A stretch of 53,390 nt of DNA, counting the filler, from Jimgerdemannia flammicorona (Eukaryota): assembly GCA_003990765.1 (NCBI GenBank). It is 3 parts of 3 records of this genome, joined end to end, with 100 filler letters (N's around TTAATTAATTAA, not from the genome) between each part and the next. Parts side by side here need not be neighbours in the genome. Positions count along the whole stretch, not along the records: positions 1 to 17,733 come from RBNJ01002434.1; 2 more parts are not named here. One strand, given 5' to 3'. The translations under genes and the position numbers were made by a program. Of this stretch, positions 1 to 12,144 are shown piece after piece (position 1 is the stretch's first letter; every line of letters starts with the position of its first letter). Under the pieces are notes generated by a model. That model searched no databases, had not been told where the DNA came from, and worked only from the letters and a program-made list of their open reading frames with translations.

Positions 1-600
1 ACAGAGACATTCACCCAAAATATCCAAAGAATAAAAATAAAAAAGGCTTCGGTCACAGAGACGTTCACCAGGAAAGAAGATATTAAGGCTTCAGTCACAG
101 AGACATTCACCCGAAATATCCAAAAGAATAAAAAATAAAAAAGAGGATATTAAGGCTTTAGTCACAGAGACATTCACCCAAAATATCCAAAGAATAAAAA
201 TAAAAAAGGCTTCGGTCACAGAGAAATTCACTAGGAAAGAAGACATTAAGGCTTCAGTTACAGAGACATTCAACCGAAATATCCAAAAGAATAAAAAATA
301 AAAAAGAGGATATTAAGACTTCAGTCATAGAGACGTTCACCAGAAAAGAAGATATTAAGGCTTCAGTCGAGAGACATTCACCCGAAATATCCAAAAGAAT
401 AAAAATAAAAAAGAGGATATGTATTAAGGCTTCAGTCAAAGAGACATTTATCCAAAATATCCAAAGAATAAAAAATAAACGAGGCTTTGGTCACAGAGAC
501 GTTCACCAGGAAAGATATTAAGGCTTCCATCACAGAGACATCCCAAAAATATCCAAAAGAATAAAAAATAAAAAAGGCTTTAGTCATAGAGACGTTCACC
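1..600. repeat. Higher-order tandem array: ~25-bp core GGCTTCAGTCACAGAGACATTCACC separated by three recurring A-rich linkers
   Basis: About 12 core copies. Linkers AGGAAAGAAGATATTAA, CGAAATATCCAAAAGAATAAAAATAAAAAAGAGGATATTAA and CAAAATATCCAAAGAATAAAAATAAAAAA recur. The array runs off the window start. Confidence 0.9.
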
Positions 601-662
601 TGAAAATATATATATCTCATCTATTTTTTTTTTTTTTTTTTTACCCCCTCCATATAATATAC

Positions 663-840
663 CTGAATAGATGGTCTGGTTATATTGGCCACTCGAGCTG
701 GATGCCTGGTTGGTGCCATGATTGCGCTTTGAGACAGGCTTCATTGGGCTGCATTGCCAAAGGTCAACTTCTTTGCAGTTTGTTTTATACGGGTCATTTT
801 GGTGCTTGAGCTGGGTTTTGAGAGGGTGAGGGAGATTCAT
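663..840 (-). pseudogene. Possible first exon of an unknown gene (MNLPHPLKTQ...TIYS)
   Basis: ATG at 840, open to a CAG|GTATAT donor-like site at ~662, then a short AT-rich intron-like stretch ending TTTCAG at ~600. No recognisable domain. Confidence 0.25.
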
Positions 841-940
841 AGTCAGTGGAAGGATCCGATAATGGCAAAAAAAGTCAGACTTGGCAATGAGCAGTGTGGC
901 TTGAGAGTTTGGACATGCATTTTATCTAAGTTGGGTATTC

Positions 941-1840
941 AGAGCAGTGTGGGTGAGAGTTTGAATGCATTTTGTCTGATTATAAAAACTATCCGTAAGT
1001 CAGGCTTGGCAATGAGCAGTGTGAGTGAGAGTTTGAACATATTTTGTCTGATTATAAAAACTAACTGTAAGTCAGGCTTGGCAATGAGCAGTGTGGGTGA
1101 GAGTTTGAATGCATTTTGTCTGATTATAAAAACTAACCGTAAGTCAGGCTTGGCAATGAGCAGTGCGGGTGAGAGTTGGAATGTGTTTTATCTGATTATA
1201 AAAACTAACCATAAGTCAGGCTTAGTAATGAGCAGTGCGGGTGAGAGTTTGAACGTGTTTTGTCTGATTATAAAAACTAACTGTAAGTCAGGCTTAGCAA
1301 TGAGCAGTGCAGGTGAGAGTTTGAATGTGTTTTGTCTGATTATAAAAACTAACCGTAAGTCAGGCTTGGCAATGAGCAGTGTGGGTGAGAGTTTGAATGC
1401 GTTTGGTCTGATTATAAAAACTAACCATAAGTCAGGCTTGGCAATGAGCAGTGCGGGTGAGAGTTTGAATGTGTTTTGTCTGATTATAAAAACTAACCGT
1501 AAGTCAGACTTAGCAATGAGCAGTGCGGGTGAGAGTTTGAATGCGTTTTGTCTGAGGATCTGGCAGTGAGCAGTGCGGGTGAGAGTTTGAACGCGTTTTG
1601 TCTGAGGATCTGACACTGAGCAGTGCGGGTGAGAGTTTGAACATGTTTTGAGAGTTTGGACACAAGGATCCAAGAGTGGCAAAATATTTATATCACTAAC
1701 CATAAGTTGGACTTAGCATTGAGCAGTGTTGGTGCGTTTTGTCTGAGGATCCAATAGTGGCAAAAACATTTATGTTACTAACCGTAAGTCAGACTTAGTA
1801 ATGAGCAATGTGGGTGAGAGTTTGAACGTGCTTTGTCTGA
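941..1840. repeat. 72-bp tandem repeat (minisatellite) with shorter and degenerate trailing units
   Basis: Unit AAGTCAGGCTTGGCAATGAGCAGTGYGGGTGAGAGTTTGAATGYRTTTTGTCTGATTATAAAAACTAACCGT, about 8 copies to ~1555, then ~48-bp and degenerate units. Confidence 0.95.
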
Positions 1841-1969
1841 AAGTCGAAATCACGTGAGCATTTAACCATGTGGTGTAAAATAGTTCGCCACACTATTTTT
1901 CAATCATTTCAACAGCATATTCTGTATGAATTTATTATAATTGCTAGTTCAAGATCAAATAATGGTTTA

Positions 1970-2870
1970 GGAGCTGCAAAAGGACGCAGATGCACAAAGA
2001 AATGCAGAATACAGTGACACAAGTGAGTGTGAGTTTATAAAGTGTGAATATAGGGTAGAAGTTCAATAAATCATAGGGTAGAGATACAAAGAATTGCAGG
2101 GTAGAGATGCAAAGAACTGCATGGCAGAGATACAAAGAATCATAGAAGCAGAGAGGCAAAGGGTTGCAGAAGCAGAGAAGCAAAGAATTGCAGGCCGAAG
2201 ATGCAAGAAATCACAGGGCATAGAGGCAAAGAATAAAGGAACAGAAATGAAAAGAATTACTAGGCAGACCCAGTTCAACACAGTAGCAATCTGATCCAAT
2301 CTAGCACCTATTTCTTGATTAGTGAACAGAGTACACAGTATCAATTGCTATGGCTTGCAGGCTGTGGTAGGGTCTTGTAATATTTGTCCAAGGTTTTGTT
2401 CTGTCTATGAATATGGGTTGGGGCAGAGAGGCAAAGAATTGTGGGACAGATATGTAAGGAACCATAGAGCATAGTAGAAAATTGCAGGACCAGAGAAGTA
2501 AGAGTTGAGATACAAGGAATCGCAGAGGCAAAGAGGCAGATGATCACATAAAAGAGATGTAAGGAAAAATGTGCAGATATGCAAAAAGTCACAGGGCAAA
2601 GAGGCAAATGATCAGAGATATAAGGAATTTCAGAGGCAGGGTTAAAGAATCACAAAGGCAGAGATATAAAGAGTTAAGATATATAAATAATCATAGAGCA
2701 AAAGAACATGAGTTATAATAATGCTGCAAAGAAATACTAGATAGTAATATAATTAAATGTAGAGGTACAACAGCAAGATAGATATAGAGTAAAGAAGCAA
2801 AGATCACAGTAATATAACTGAAGTATAACGAAATGTGAGGTAGAGATACAGAATAAGAGATATAGGAATG
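1970..2870. repeat. Degenerate purine-rich low-complexity repeat (GCAGAGGCAAAGAAT-like)
   Basis: Recurring AGAGRYRCAAAGAATTGCAGG-like motifs on a strongly A/G-skewed strand. Confidence 0.6.
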
Positions 2871-2891
2871 GAAGGTTGTTTATATAAAACA

Positions 2892-3212
2892 CTATAGAAG
2901 AGTCATGACACTTCCCTCATTAAATGCAGCAACTAAGCTGTCCGCAAGCTGCTCTCCTGTTTTGTAGTTATCTCTAATTTCCAGCATTGGTCCACAGGTA
3001 TGAGCTACTGGCCAACGTGAGCTGGTTACCAATGTTAAGCTGAATTGTTTTTGAACTGGAATGTTTCGTGCACCACTCCAGAACTACACCAACTGACTAA
3101 GAAGTTGAGGATCATTGGTAGACCATCTGTGGAGAACCTCCTTGAAAAGCTGGACACAAATACTGATCCTTGTTCCAGGATGGCCAATCAATTGTATTGG
3201 TAACATCTTCCT
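2892..3212 (-). pseudogene. HECT E3 ubiquitin ligase pseudogene, C-lobe (3' part, beyond the LINE insertion)
   Basis: Manual translation: QLFKEVLHRWSTNDPQLLSQLV*FWSGARNIP...SRWPVAHTCGPMLEIRDNYKTGEQLADSLVAAFNEGSVMTLL*. Matches the HECT PxAHTC catalytic motif (Cys at 2994-2996). One premature TAG and one frameshift near 3180. Confidence 0.85.
3198..3212. repeat. Target-site duplication, left copy (TGGTAACATCTTCCT)
   Basis: Identical 15-mer at 9092-9106; abuts the poly(T) (element poly(A) tail) at 3212-3225, so the last T is ambiguous. Confidence 0.9.
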
Positions 3213-3287
3213 TTTTTTTTTTTTTATAGTCACTTGGACTCTGCCTTTATTACCAGTCTATGAATAAATATACATCATCCCAACCCA

Positions 3288-6200
3288 CTATCCAATCCCC
3301 ACAGGGGGGCCCCTCCCTACTTCCTCACGAATGAAAATCACCTTTTCACCAACTACCCCCACTCTCCCCCCACTTTGCTCACAGATTTTCTCCACCAAGC
3401 AGCGCCTCTGACCACCCCACATCCCCCAACCCAGCCACCAGCCTGTTAAGGTATCTTCCATAAGCCTATGCCATCGCAGCAGCCAGTCCCCCAAGCTCTG
3501 CCTCCTCCTATCCTCAAAGAGAAAATAGCCAATAACTGGCCAACCCCACCCAAATTGCCAAAGCCCAATCTAAAGTAAGCCACTCCTTCCCTATCCCCCC
3601 TACCAATCTAACCCTCAAGTCCTCCCATTGCCCCTGTACTTCATCACTCCTACCCCATACCCCTAAGTGATCCCCAATTGTCTGCCAAAAATCCCCCAAC
3701 ACCTCACACTCTCCTAGCCAATGTTCTGGCGTCTGCACATAACCCCCCTCCTGCCCTACATTATGGCACTCCTCACAGTCGAAGCAACCCCCTACAACCA
3801 GGTGCCCTGAGCAAAAATTGAGCATAACGTTCCTCTGCAGCATGCACCACCAGACCACCCAGTACTTTGGTGGCAGACATGCTCTCACTGCAGCGCTCCA
3901 GGTCCAAACACTATGCCAGTTCCACTCTTCACCAATTCCAACTCCTTGCCAACCGCTAGGCCACAGATCCTGGCCTGGTCCCCTTTGGCATTCCATTCCA
4001 TCACCAATGTCAAACTCAACTAAAGGAGCACCACCCAGCAGTATATGGTCCCATCTCCACATCACCGGGTCCCAATCCTCCTCACCTTTATTCCCCTGCC
4101 AATGAATGCCAATGCGGTGCACTCCTTCTGCAATTCCCCACCAAAATCCTTTATATCATAGTTGGGCAGTGTTTTGAAGCCCAACCAAGGAGAGGAGATC
4201 ACCAGTTGAGCCCCTTGGCGATGCCTGCCTCTCCCATATCTTCTGTAACAGAGGAACCCATCCACCTCCTCTCAACTCCACCACCCTCTTCTGCCACTAT
4301 GCTCTCAAGCAGTGTAACTGTTTTGGGAAGTCAACCAGCCCAAGACCGCCTCTTGCCACTGGTAGGGACAAGGTCTCCCAACTAATCTGACTCCACCTGC
4401 CAGCCCAAATCCATCCCTTTGCCCACTTCATCAATCTCTTCACTATCCAGGCTGGGAAGTCCAGATAATACACCAGGTACCACAACTTTGGCAGCCAGTA
4501 GACATTCAAAATCGAGACCCACCCTGCCAGAGAAAAATGTCTTCCCCCCCAACTCTGCAGAGCCTCCTCCCAGATTCCAATCCTCTGCTCCCACCAAAGC
4601 TTGGGCAGAACTGACCCATAGACTGACAAGTAGATACCTAAGTACCACACTGCTTCACCGGTGGGGACAATTGTTCCTATAACCTCCCCTCCCACCAGGC
4701 CATTACCAAGCACCATCATCTCACACTTATGCCAATTCAGCTTAGCTCCAGAATGCTTCTCATACCACTCCACAGTCCTCTTGAGCTCCCCAACATCAGC
4801 AATCGAACCCAAGCCCACCACCATGTCGTCAGCAAAGGCCCCAACCTTCCATCCTATACCAAAGACAGAGAGCCCCACTATCCTCCACCTAATCCGGTCC
4901 ATAAGTAGTTCCAGGGAAAGAGCATACAAAATGGGGGACAATGGATCCCCCTGGGGCACTCCCCTTCCCAAGGGGAATGCTACCCCTCTATATTCATTAC
5001 ACATGAGTGCAGCCCTACTCCCTTCCAGTAGGCTGACCATTGTTGACCGGAATTGATACAGTACCCCCATTCTATCCAAAACTTTCTCCAGCCAGACTCT
5101 CTGCACCCGGTCATAAGCCTTCTCCTGGTCCAAGAAAACTAGATGCCCATCCAGTCCACATGCCCTCACCCCTTCGATGATGCCATGCACCCAGGCAGTG
5201 CCATCCCTGATGAGCCAACCACTCACAAATCCCCTCTGCTCAATACCCATGACTTGCTGGGCCACCTTCTGTAGTCTCGCCACCACCACCTTAGTTACCA
5301 ACTTTCTGTCCATATCTAGCAGCATTATCGGCCACCAGTTCTTCCAATCCTCCCGCCTTCCTTTGTTTTTGTAGAGCAGTGTCACCAGCCCAAGGTCCTG
5401 CTCCCCCACCCATCTACCTATCTGTAGAATAAGGTCACACAATGCTGTCATCTCTCCCATCACCCCTGGGACTTCAACCATTCGCTTCCAAAAGTCCCAG
5501 GGCAGCCCATCCTCCCCAGGTGCCATACCGGACGTTGTCGTGGCAAGAACCTGGTGGATCTCATCCTCCTGTACAGGCAACACCAGGTCCCCTAGCCCTT
5601 CGACTTGTGGTGGGTGCCAATCCTCCAATGTTCATTCAATTGTAGCAACATCCGCCCCACCTTCCTCCTCACTCCACAATCCACTCCATCTCTCCTTCAG
5701 TGATCCAAGAATGTCCTGTACACCATGCACCAGTATACCATTAGAGTCCAATACCCCTTCCCACCATTGCTGGACCTGCCTCACCCTAAGGGCCCTTGTA
5801 AGAAGCTTGGAAGGCCTCTCTCCTTTCTCCAGATCCTGCCAATGAAGCCGTGCTGCCAAGCTCTGTACCCTTGCCTCTTCCTCCTCCAACAGCACCTGTT
5901 GAAGTTCCCCAACCTCCATTTTCACCCTCATTAATCTCCAATCTTTTTCTCCCTCCAACATCGTCAGCCTTGCCCACTCCTCCAGGAGCCTCATCAATCC
6001 AGCAGAGGCCCAGCACACTCTTTGTTTTCACTACTTCCCTGCCTCCTTGCCAGCCTCCTTCCAGTAAATCCTGGCCATTTCCTTCATCCTCATCCACCAA
6101 GTCCCAACTGTGGCCCCTTCCTGCCTCCAGTTCTCCACTCTCAGCTGAATGTCTTTAGCCCACTCATCCCACTGGGTCTTGTCATCTAACAAAGAGGAAT

Positions 6201-6945
6201 TGAGGCGCCAATGTCCAGGCCCATCCCCACTTCCCCCAAAGCACCCCTGTCCCAAAAGCCCCCAGTGATCCGACCATGGACACCATTCCACCTCCAATGA
6301 TTTCCAAACATCTAGTCCCCAGCAGCAGGCTGTCAAAATCCAATCGATTCTAGTCCCCAGACCCCCTGCCCAATGTGTATAGACTCTCCTACTCCCCCAG
6401 CACTCCCTTCCAGCATCCAATAGCACACTCAGCCTCTCTACTTCCTCCCATGCCACCAGCCCTCCACTCCTGCTCTCAGCACCTCATCCTCCATCTGATC
6501 TATCCAGCAGTATATCCCTAACCATATTGAAATCTCCCCCTAGCACATCCACCCCGGCCTCCACAAGAAATCCACTCTCCTGTAAGCCTTTCACCCAATC
6601 GACCCTCTCACCCCGTACCACAGGGCAGTAGCAGGAACCAACCATAACTGGCTCCCAGCCTGCCCGAATCCACTCTCCCCAGACCAGTCTCTCCCCCCAG
6701 CACTGCACATTCTGTATCTCCCCTCTGCCTTTCCTAACCAAAACCCCAACCTTGCCCTTCCAAATCGCCACACCTCCCCATTCCTTCGTCCATTCTAACC
6801 TATCAGAGTCATCTTTACACTGGACATCCTGCAAGAGGAAGAGATCGGCCTCCAATCTCTTCATCCAAGTAAAAATGTTCCTACGTCAAGAAGTGCCCCA
6901 TAACCCATTCACGTTCAAAGAGAAAATGTTGGTTGTACTGTTCAT
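3288..6945 (-). pseudogene. LINE ORF2: AP endonuclease, reverse transcriptase, C-terminal zinc finger (stops and frameshifts)
   Basis: APE motifs SLNVNGL, DLFLLQD, GGDFN, RIDWI, SDH. RT motifs WWPIMLLDMDRK, DQEKAYDRV, GVPQGDPLSP, AFADD. C-terminal CEEC...HWLGEC. Confidence 0.93.
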
Positions 6946-6978
6946 ATTGATGATATATGTGATGTCGTCAATCCGCCT

Positions 6979-9003
6979 CTACTGCTCCATGCTCATCTCC
7001 TCCTGTGCCCTGTCAAAATTATATTCCACAGCCACCTCCTCCTCTTCAGCCCTCTGAGCCTCCAATCCAGCCAGCAGTTCATTCATCTCGCCATTGGCCT
7101 TCCCCTCAAACTCCCCTCGGTATTCGATGCATGCTTCCTGCCAGAGCTGTAGTCCATGTCACTTGTTCCAGCTGTATTCAGCCCTTTCTCCAGCAACAAC
7201 CGCCATCTCCTCCTCCCTCTCCTTATCCACCTCATATCCTTCCTCCTCCAGGTACACCACAAGAATTTCCACCTTCAATGCCTTCATCATGCCATCCCCC
7301 TGCAGTATTCCCGCCCAATGCTCATCGCTCATCACTCGCAAGTCCACTTCCCCCAACTCTTCCACCACCAGGTTATTCATCATTCAGCACATCCAAAGCA
7401 AGTTCCCCACCTCTTTCCCCCCCAGAGTCGCCGGCCTCCCTCCATCCAACATTGTGGTGTCAGCTCCAGCACTTGCAGACTCATTCCATACTTCCAGGAC
7501 ATCCACCAGTTCCTCCTCGCCATCCGCCTCCACCTGTCCCCCATACGCCACCTCTGGAACTCCGAATTGCACCCTCTGGGCCCCTCGCATTGGCACATCT
7601 TCCACCACCCTATTCCGGGAAGCCGGGCCACACCTGATGAGATGGGTAGGAGTAGGGGAGCCCACCCAGTCCTCCTCCCACACCTCCAGTGTCCCATCTG
7701 CATATGGGTCCTTTCCAGCCTTCTTCTTGTCCTCCCCCACCTCCTTCTTGTCCTTCCCCTCCCCCTTGCCGGCCCAGACACTCGCTCCAGCTCCCCTTGT
7801 GCCCTTCACCTTGCTCGCCTCCCCCAGTGGTCCGCTATCCAGCTTGGCCAGCAACTCTTTCTGCCTCTTATGCCCCTGAGCCCTTTCCCACTGCTCCTTG
7901 GTCACTCGAATCTGCTTTCCATCCACCACCTCCAAGTGTGTCGCCTCTTCAAAAGCCTCCCAAGCCTTTGCTCGCCTCTCCACAGCACCCTCCAGCTCTT
8001 CGTGTGCTTCCCGTAAATCCTCCTCCTCCTCCTCACTCCCCTTCACCCTCGTCACCTTACACAGGATCGCTCCCCAGACCATCGCCAAAGACCAATCCCT
8101 TGCCTTCCCAGTAGCTTCCTTTCCAGCCAGCCGAATCCTCATATCCATGTCACCAGTCCTGAGTGAGGTCCCTTCCCAGACCCTGAACCCGATATCTACC
8201 ACCTTGCCATATTCCGCTATGAAATCCTCAACTCTCTTTCTCGTCTCCATTGCTGTCACCATCAGCACTCCCTTCACCAGCAGTTGGACCACCCTGGGGT
8301 CCCACTTCAGGCACCGCGCCATTGGAACACATACCTCCCCAACCACCAATCCAACCTTCAGCGTCTCCTCCAGCGGTGCTGCCTCCTCAAAACCCACCTC
8401 CACTCCTTCCAGTCCCTTCAAAAACTTCACAGATGCTGTACCTGCCACCTGCTTAGTGATGAGGCCCAGCACCATTTTTGCCATCACTGCCAGGCCCCAG
8501 AAGCATTGTGTGACCACAAATGCCGAAATCGATTTCTTGAGTAATGGGGCCACCGCCTGACCCGTTATACCATCTGCCAAGTCCCCTTGTCTTCTAAGCC
8601 TCAGCTGCTCAGCCTCGCCATCAGCCATTACATCTGGATTTTTTTTCAGATTGACAGTCCCAATACCCTCAGCAGTCACACCCCCCCCAGCAACTACTCC
8701 CACAGCTCCACCGCCCCCCCTTCCAAGGGCCGCACCCCCCAGCACCATCACCTTCTTGGTCTCCTTGCTCTTCTTCAGCCAGCCCTCCAGCTCCGATGCC
8801 TGCTGTCTCCCCTTCACCATCTCTGCAAAGCTTGCCCTCCCAGATCCTGATCCTCCACCACCTCCTCCACCCCTTCCACATCCACCCACCAGCAGGCCCC
8901 TCATACCTCCCCCCAGGCCTGGCCCCCTCCCCACCTGCTGCCAGTCGAAAGTGCTAGGGCCACCCTGCCCAGTACACACCTCAGGTTGTCTGTTGGTTGC
9001 CAT
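6979..9003 (-). pseudogene. LINE ORF1 (nucleic-acid chaperone-like), interrupted near the C-terminus
   Basis: 539-aa open frame plus continuation to TAG at 6979-6981. SFAEMVK motif and RRM-like GKVVDIGFRVWEGTSLRTGD segment; homologous to ORF1 at 47811. Confidence 0.85.
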
Positions 9004-9091
9004 GTTGTTAGTCTCTCTTTGCCAAAAATGATGTTGAAAGTGCCTTCCAAAGGTTGTGTAACCTGAATGGTACTGGAAAGAGATGTTGATG

Positions 9092-9106
9092 TGGTAACAT
9101 CTTCCT
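9092..9106. repeat. Target-site duplication, right copy (TGGTAACATCTTCCT)
   Basis: Identical to 3198-3212. Confidence 0.9.
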
Positions 9107-11782
9107 CACTATAGAGAACTGAAGAGTAAAAAAGTTGTGCAATTGGTTGAAATCTTTGTGGTTGATGAATGAACTTATTAATGAAGTTTCCGATATTGAA
9201 TCCTGAAATAAGCTGGTCAAGAGCAGATTGTTGTTTCCAGATCAGAAGAGTTTTTCTGATCAATGAGAGAACTTCATTCTTGTCTTCATACTTTAGATTC
9301 TGTATATTCCGACTGATACCAAGCTCTTCAAAGGCAGATGCCAATCTAGATGAAAAGAATTTTTTAAATTAAATAATTTATAATCAAAAAATATATAAAG
9401 AAGAATATAAAATCTAACTGACCCTAAAGATGCAGACCATATCTCCTTTGTTGTTTCAGTAAGATCTAGTGATCGAAGGAGGAACCCATATTGCTTGCTA
9501 AATGACAATACATCTTCATGACCAATCGAATCATAGCAAGCATAAAGAAGACAAGCAGGATGTAGGTGATCGGGTGCAGGTCCATAGTTGAGAAATGAGG
9601 CCATAATAATCCATCCTAAGATCTGATAGTCATGCTTGTCAACATTCAAATAACTTTCTGTACATGGGAGAAATTTCTCATTGCTCTCCATCAAAGGTGA
9701 CTGTGGTCCAATATAATGGTCTAATGTAATTTGAAAGGCTTCTCATGCAACTCCTCCCTGGTCTACTGCAGGTTCACCTATGATGGTAACTTTGACCAAG
9801 TGGAGTATATCTGAGCTGGACTCCAGAGATGAATAAAACTGAAATAAATCTTCAGAAAGTGTTGAACGATGTACTAAAGTATTTAAAATGAAATGCATGC
9901 ATATTTAGTATTAATGTAATTTTTTTTTTTAAAAAAAAATAATAATAAAAAATCCTAATATTCTATTACCTTGTATATTGTGCAGTGGTCCAGCATCAAT
10001 AGCCAAATGCCTTATTGCTTGCAGTGAATGTGCCAATAATTCTCCATCATGAGAGCCTGCAAGATTGGCAAAAAAGACTATCTCTTGACTATTGCTCTCA
10101 GAGTTAATGCTTTCTGCAGTATCATATGAGCCCAGAGTTAATGGAGCTGTCAGAAGATCATTCATTGATATAAGACTTGGACTAATATATAATTATATAT
10201 GTGAATGAATAATCAATATAATATATTAAATATTATATTATATATAATATCATATTACCTGAGAGATGATTCAGCAGTTAGATCATTTTTGTCATCAACT
10301 ACCACCATTGATTGCTCAGATTCAGTAGTTTCATCAACACTATATAATTATAAATAATTATTTTATAAATTATATACATAAGAAAAACCAGCAATTCTTG
10401 AAAAATATATATATCTGACACTAGTATTTCTTGGACAAATAGTTTCATGTGAAGTACATTTTAGGATATTGTAATATGGTAGATTACAAAACTTGCAAAG
10501 CAGTTTAATAGGAGTGATGACTTGATATTAAAATATCAATATTAGAATTAGTTATACAATATATATTATATTATATTACTTATATATATATAATCAATCT
10601 TAGCTTTAAATCAGTAGAGAACTTTAAAACTTATCAGAGTTGTCATCCTCTTCAGATGCAGCAAGTGCAGATGGTAAGGGCATTGTGGTTCGGGCCTCAA
10701 TATACCATTTCCTCTTACCAAAGAAGCATATCAAGGTCTCAGCATCGAATTCGGTACCAGGTGCATGAAGAGGGTGAAGGATAGTGTAATCCTTGACCTT
10801 GACAAAGTTGTATCCATATATATAGAGGTCCTTGTGTTGAAACGAAGTCAATATATGTTCATTGACTGCTACAGCACTATCACCATATAGGATAGTAAAT
10901 GATGAGATAATAAACTAATTTTTTTTTTTATAAAAAAAAAAAAGGACATATCATATTAGAAAATATTGAAGTTTCACATCAGAACATTAAAATAATATAT
11001 ATATTTACCTCATTCATACTCAATAGTGTTATATACTTATTTGATATTTTTTCTAGATTATTTTCTGGGATGAGTATTATTTCACCATGGCTTGGACTAA
11101 ATGGCTTAGATGCTATTTCAAGTCGCTTCTGCTCTGCCTGAGTTACAGCAGTCTTGATTTGTGATCTTCCACCTTGGTCAACCCTTGTATGCTTTCCAGT
11201 AGAATTGACAGCATGACTGTTAAATAAAATAAAATAAAATCAGTTTTATACATTCAAAATAAGTGAGGCATACTGGTGACAATAAACCTACCTCTGATAT
11301 GGTGCAAATGGCCGCATTCCAATGCTAGCAGATGAAAATGAAGGAATATGATTTCTTCCAATATTTTCAATTCCTGTCAAGCCAAAGTTCAGATATCCAG
11401 TCATATTGCTCACAATGTCAGTGAGCGAGGTGGAAGTAGATAGTGGATTTGTTGTAGTTGAAGAAGTTGCAAAGGTTGAGCTGACATGTTATATTTGGCC
11501 TGCAGTATCGGATGGGAGCAATCAGCTTTCTCCACTCATTATATGGAGAGTTTTAGCCCGAAAATTGGGCTCTCTAATAATTAAGAAAATAATTTAACAG
11601 TAGTTAATGACTATAGTAGTTTATGCTTAGCTTGAGTATATAATCATTATAAATATACTTTACATGGAGGTATTACTTGCAGCTTGCTGAACAGGTTCAC
11701 TTTGTTGTGGCTGCTGGAGGATTTGTCATATTTGTGGGTGCTGAGCAAGGGCTACCAAATGTTGTAGCAATTCAGGATCCAT
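9092..11782 (-). pseudogene. Multi-exon HECT E3 ubiquitin ligase pseudogene, 5' part (G2E3-like N-lobe)
   Basis: Likely ATG at 11782 (MDPELLQHLV). GT-AG introns at about 9346-9422 and 9874-9969, plus others near 11008, 11291 and 11663. HECT motifs IQVHRSTLSEDLF, GEPAVDQGGVA*EAF, YQILGWIIMASFLNYGPAPDHL, QQSALDQLISGF. Reads YSEEDVT into the TSD and resumes at 3197. Confidence 0.82.
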
Positions 11783-12144
11783 GACCAAATATCAGGAAAG
11801 ACTTCTGAAATATGTTTCTTAAAGAAATGCAAATAATATTTAGTTTGTTGGGGAATTTTTGGGTTTCTTTTTTTTGGTAGAAATTGTCACCTGTGATAGC
11901 AATCTATGAATGTATATAAAGTTGAAGATTGTCTTCTCAAGTGAAGTCCTTTTCCATAGATGTATCTCTCAGCAAGAATCCGAGAGCCCATGACAAGTTT
12001 TATAACACTTATGTTTACAGAACTGACTCATCACTAACTGTCTCTTTTGTATGTATAATGTATAATATGCTCAAATAAATTATATTTACCTGCTCAGATG
12101 CACTAGCAACCAAAGGCTTGGCAGTAGGGTGAATAGAGACTTGG

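Larger units (their letters stand above)
3213..9091 (-). mobile_element. Full-length non-LTR retrotransposon, L1/Tx1 type (LINE copy 1), degenerate
   Basis: Short 5' UTR, ORF1, ORF2 (APE, RT, C-terminal Zn finger), poly(A) tail and flanking 15-bp TSD. Confidence 0.95.

Noticed and set aside
1..600. CRISPR-like array (25-bp repeat with spacers)
   Set aside because: The spacers are only three recurring sequences, the repeats are degenerate, there are no cas genes and the context is eukaryotic.
7005..9031. Long Pro/Ser-rich plus-strand ORFs
   Set aside because: Antisense shadows of the G-rich LINE ORF1; the C-rich strand is poor in stop codons.
8901..9344. 147-aa ORF as a stand-alone gene
   Set aside because: It is a chimera of a HECT exon reading through the TSD into the LINE 5' UTR.
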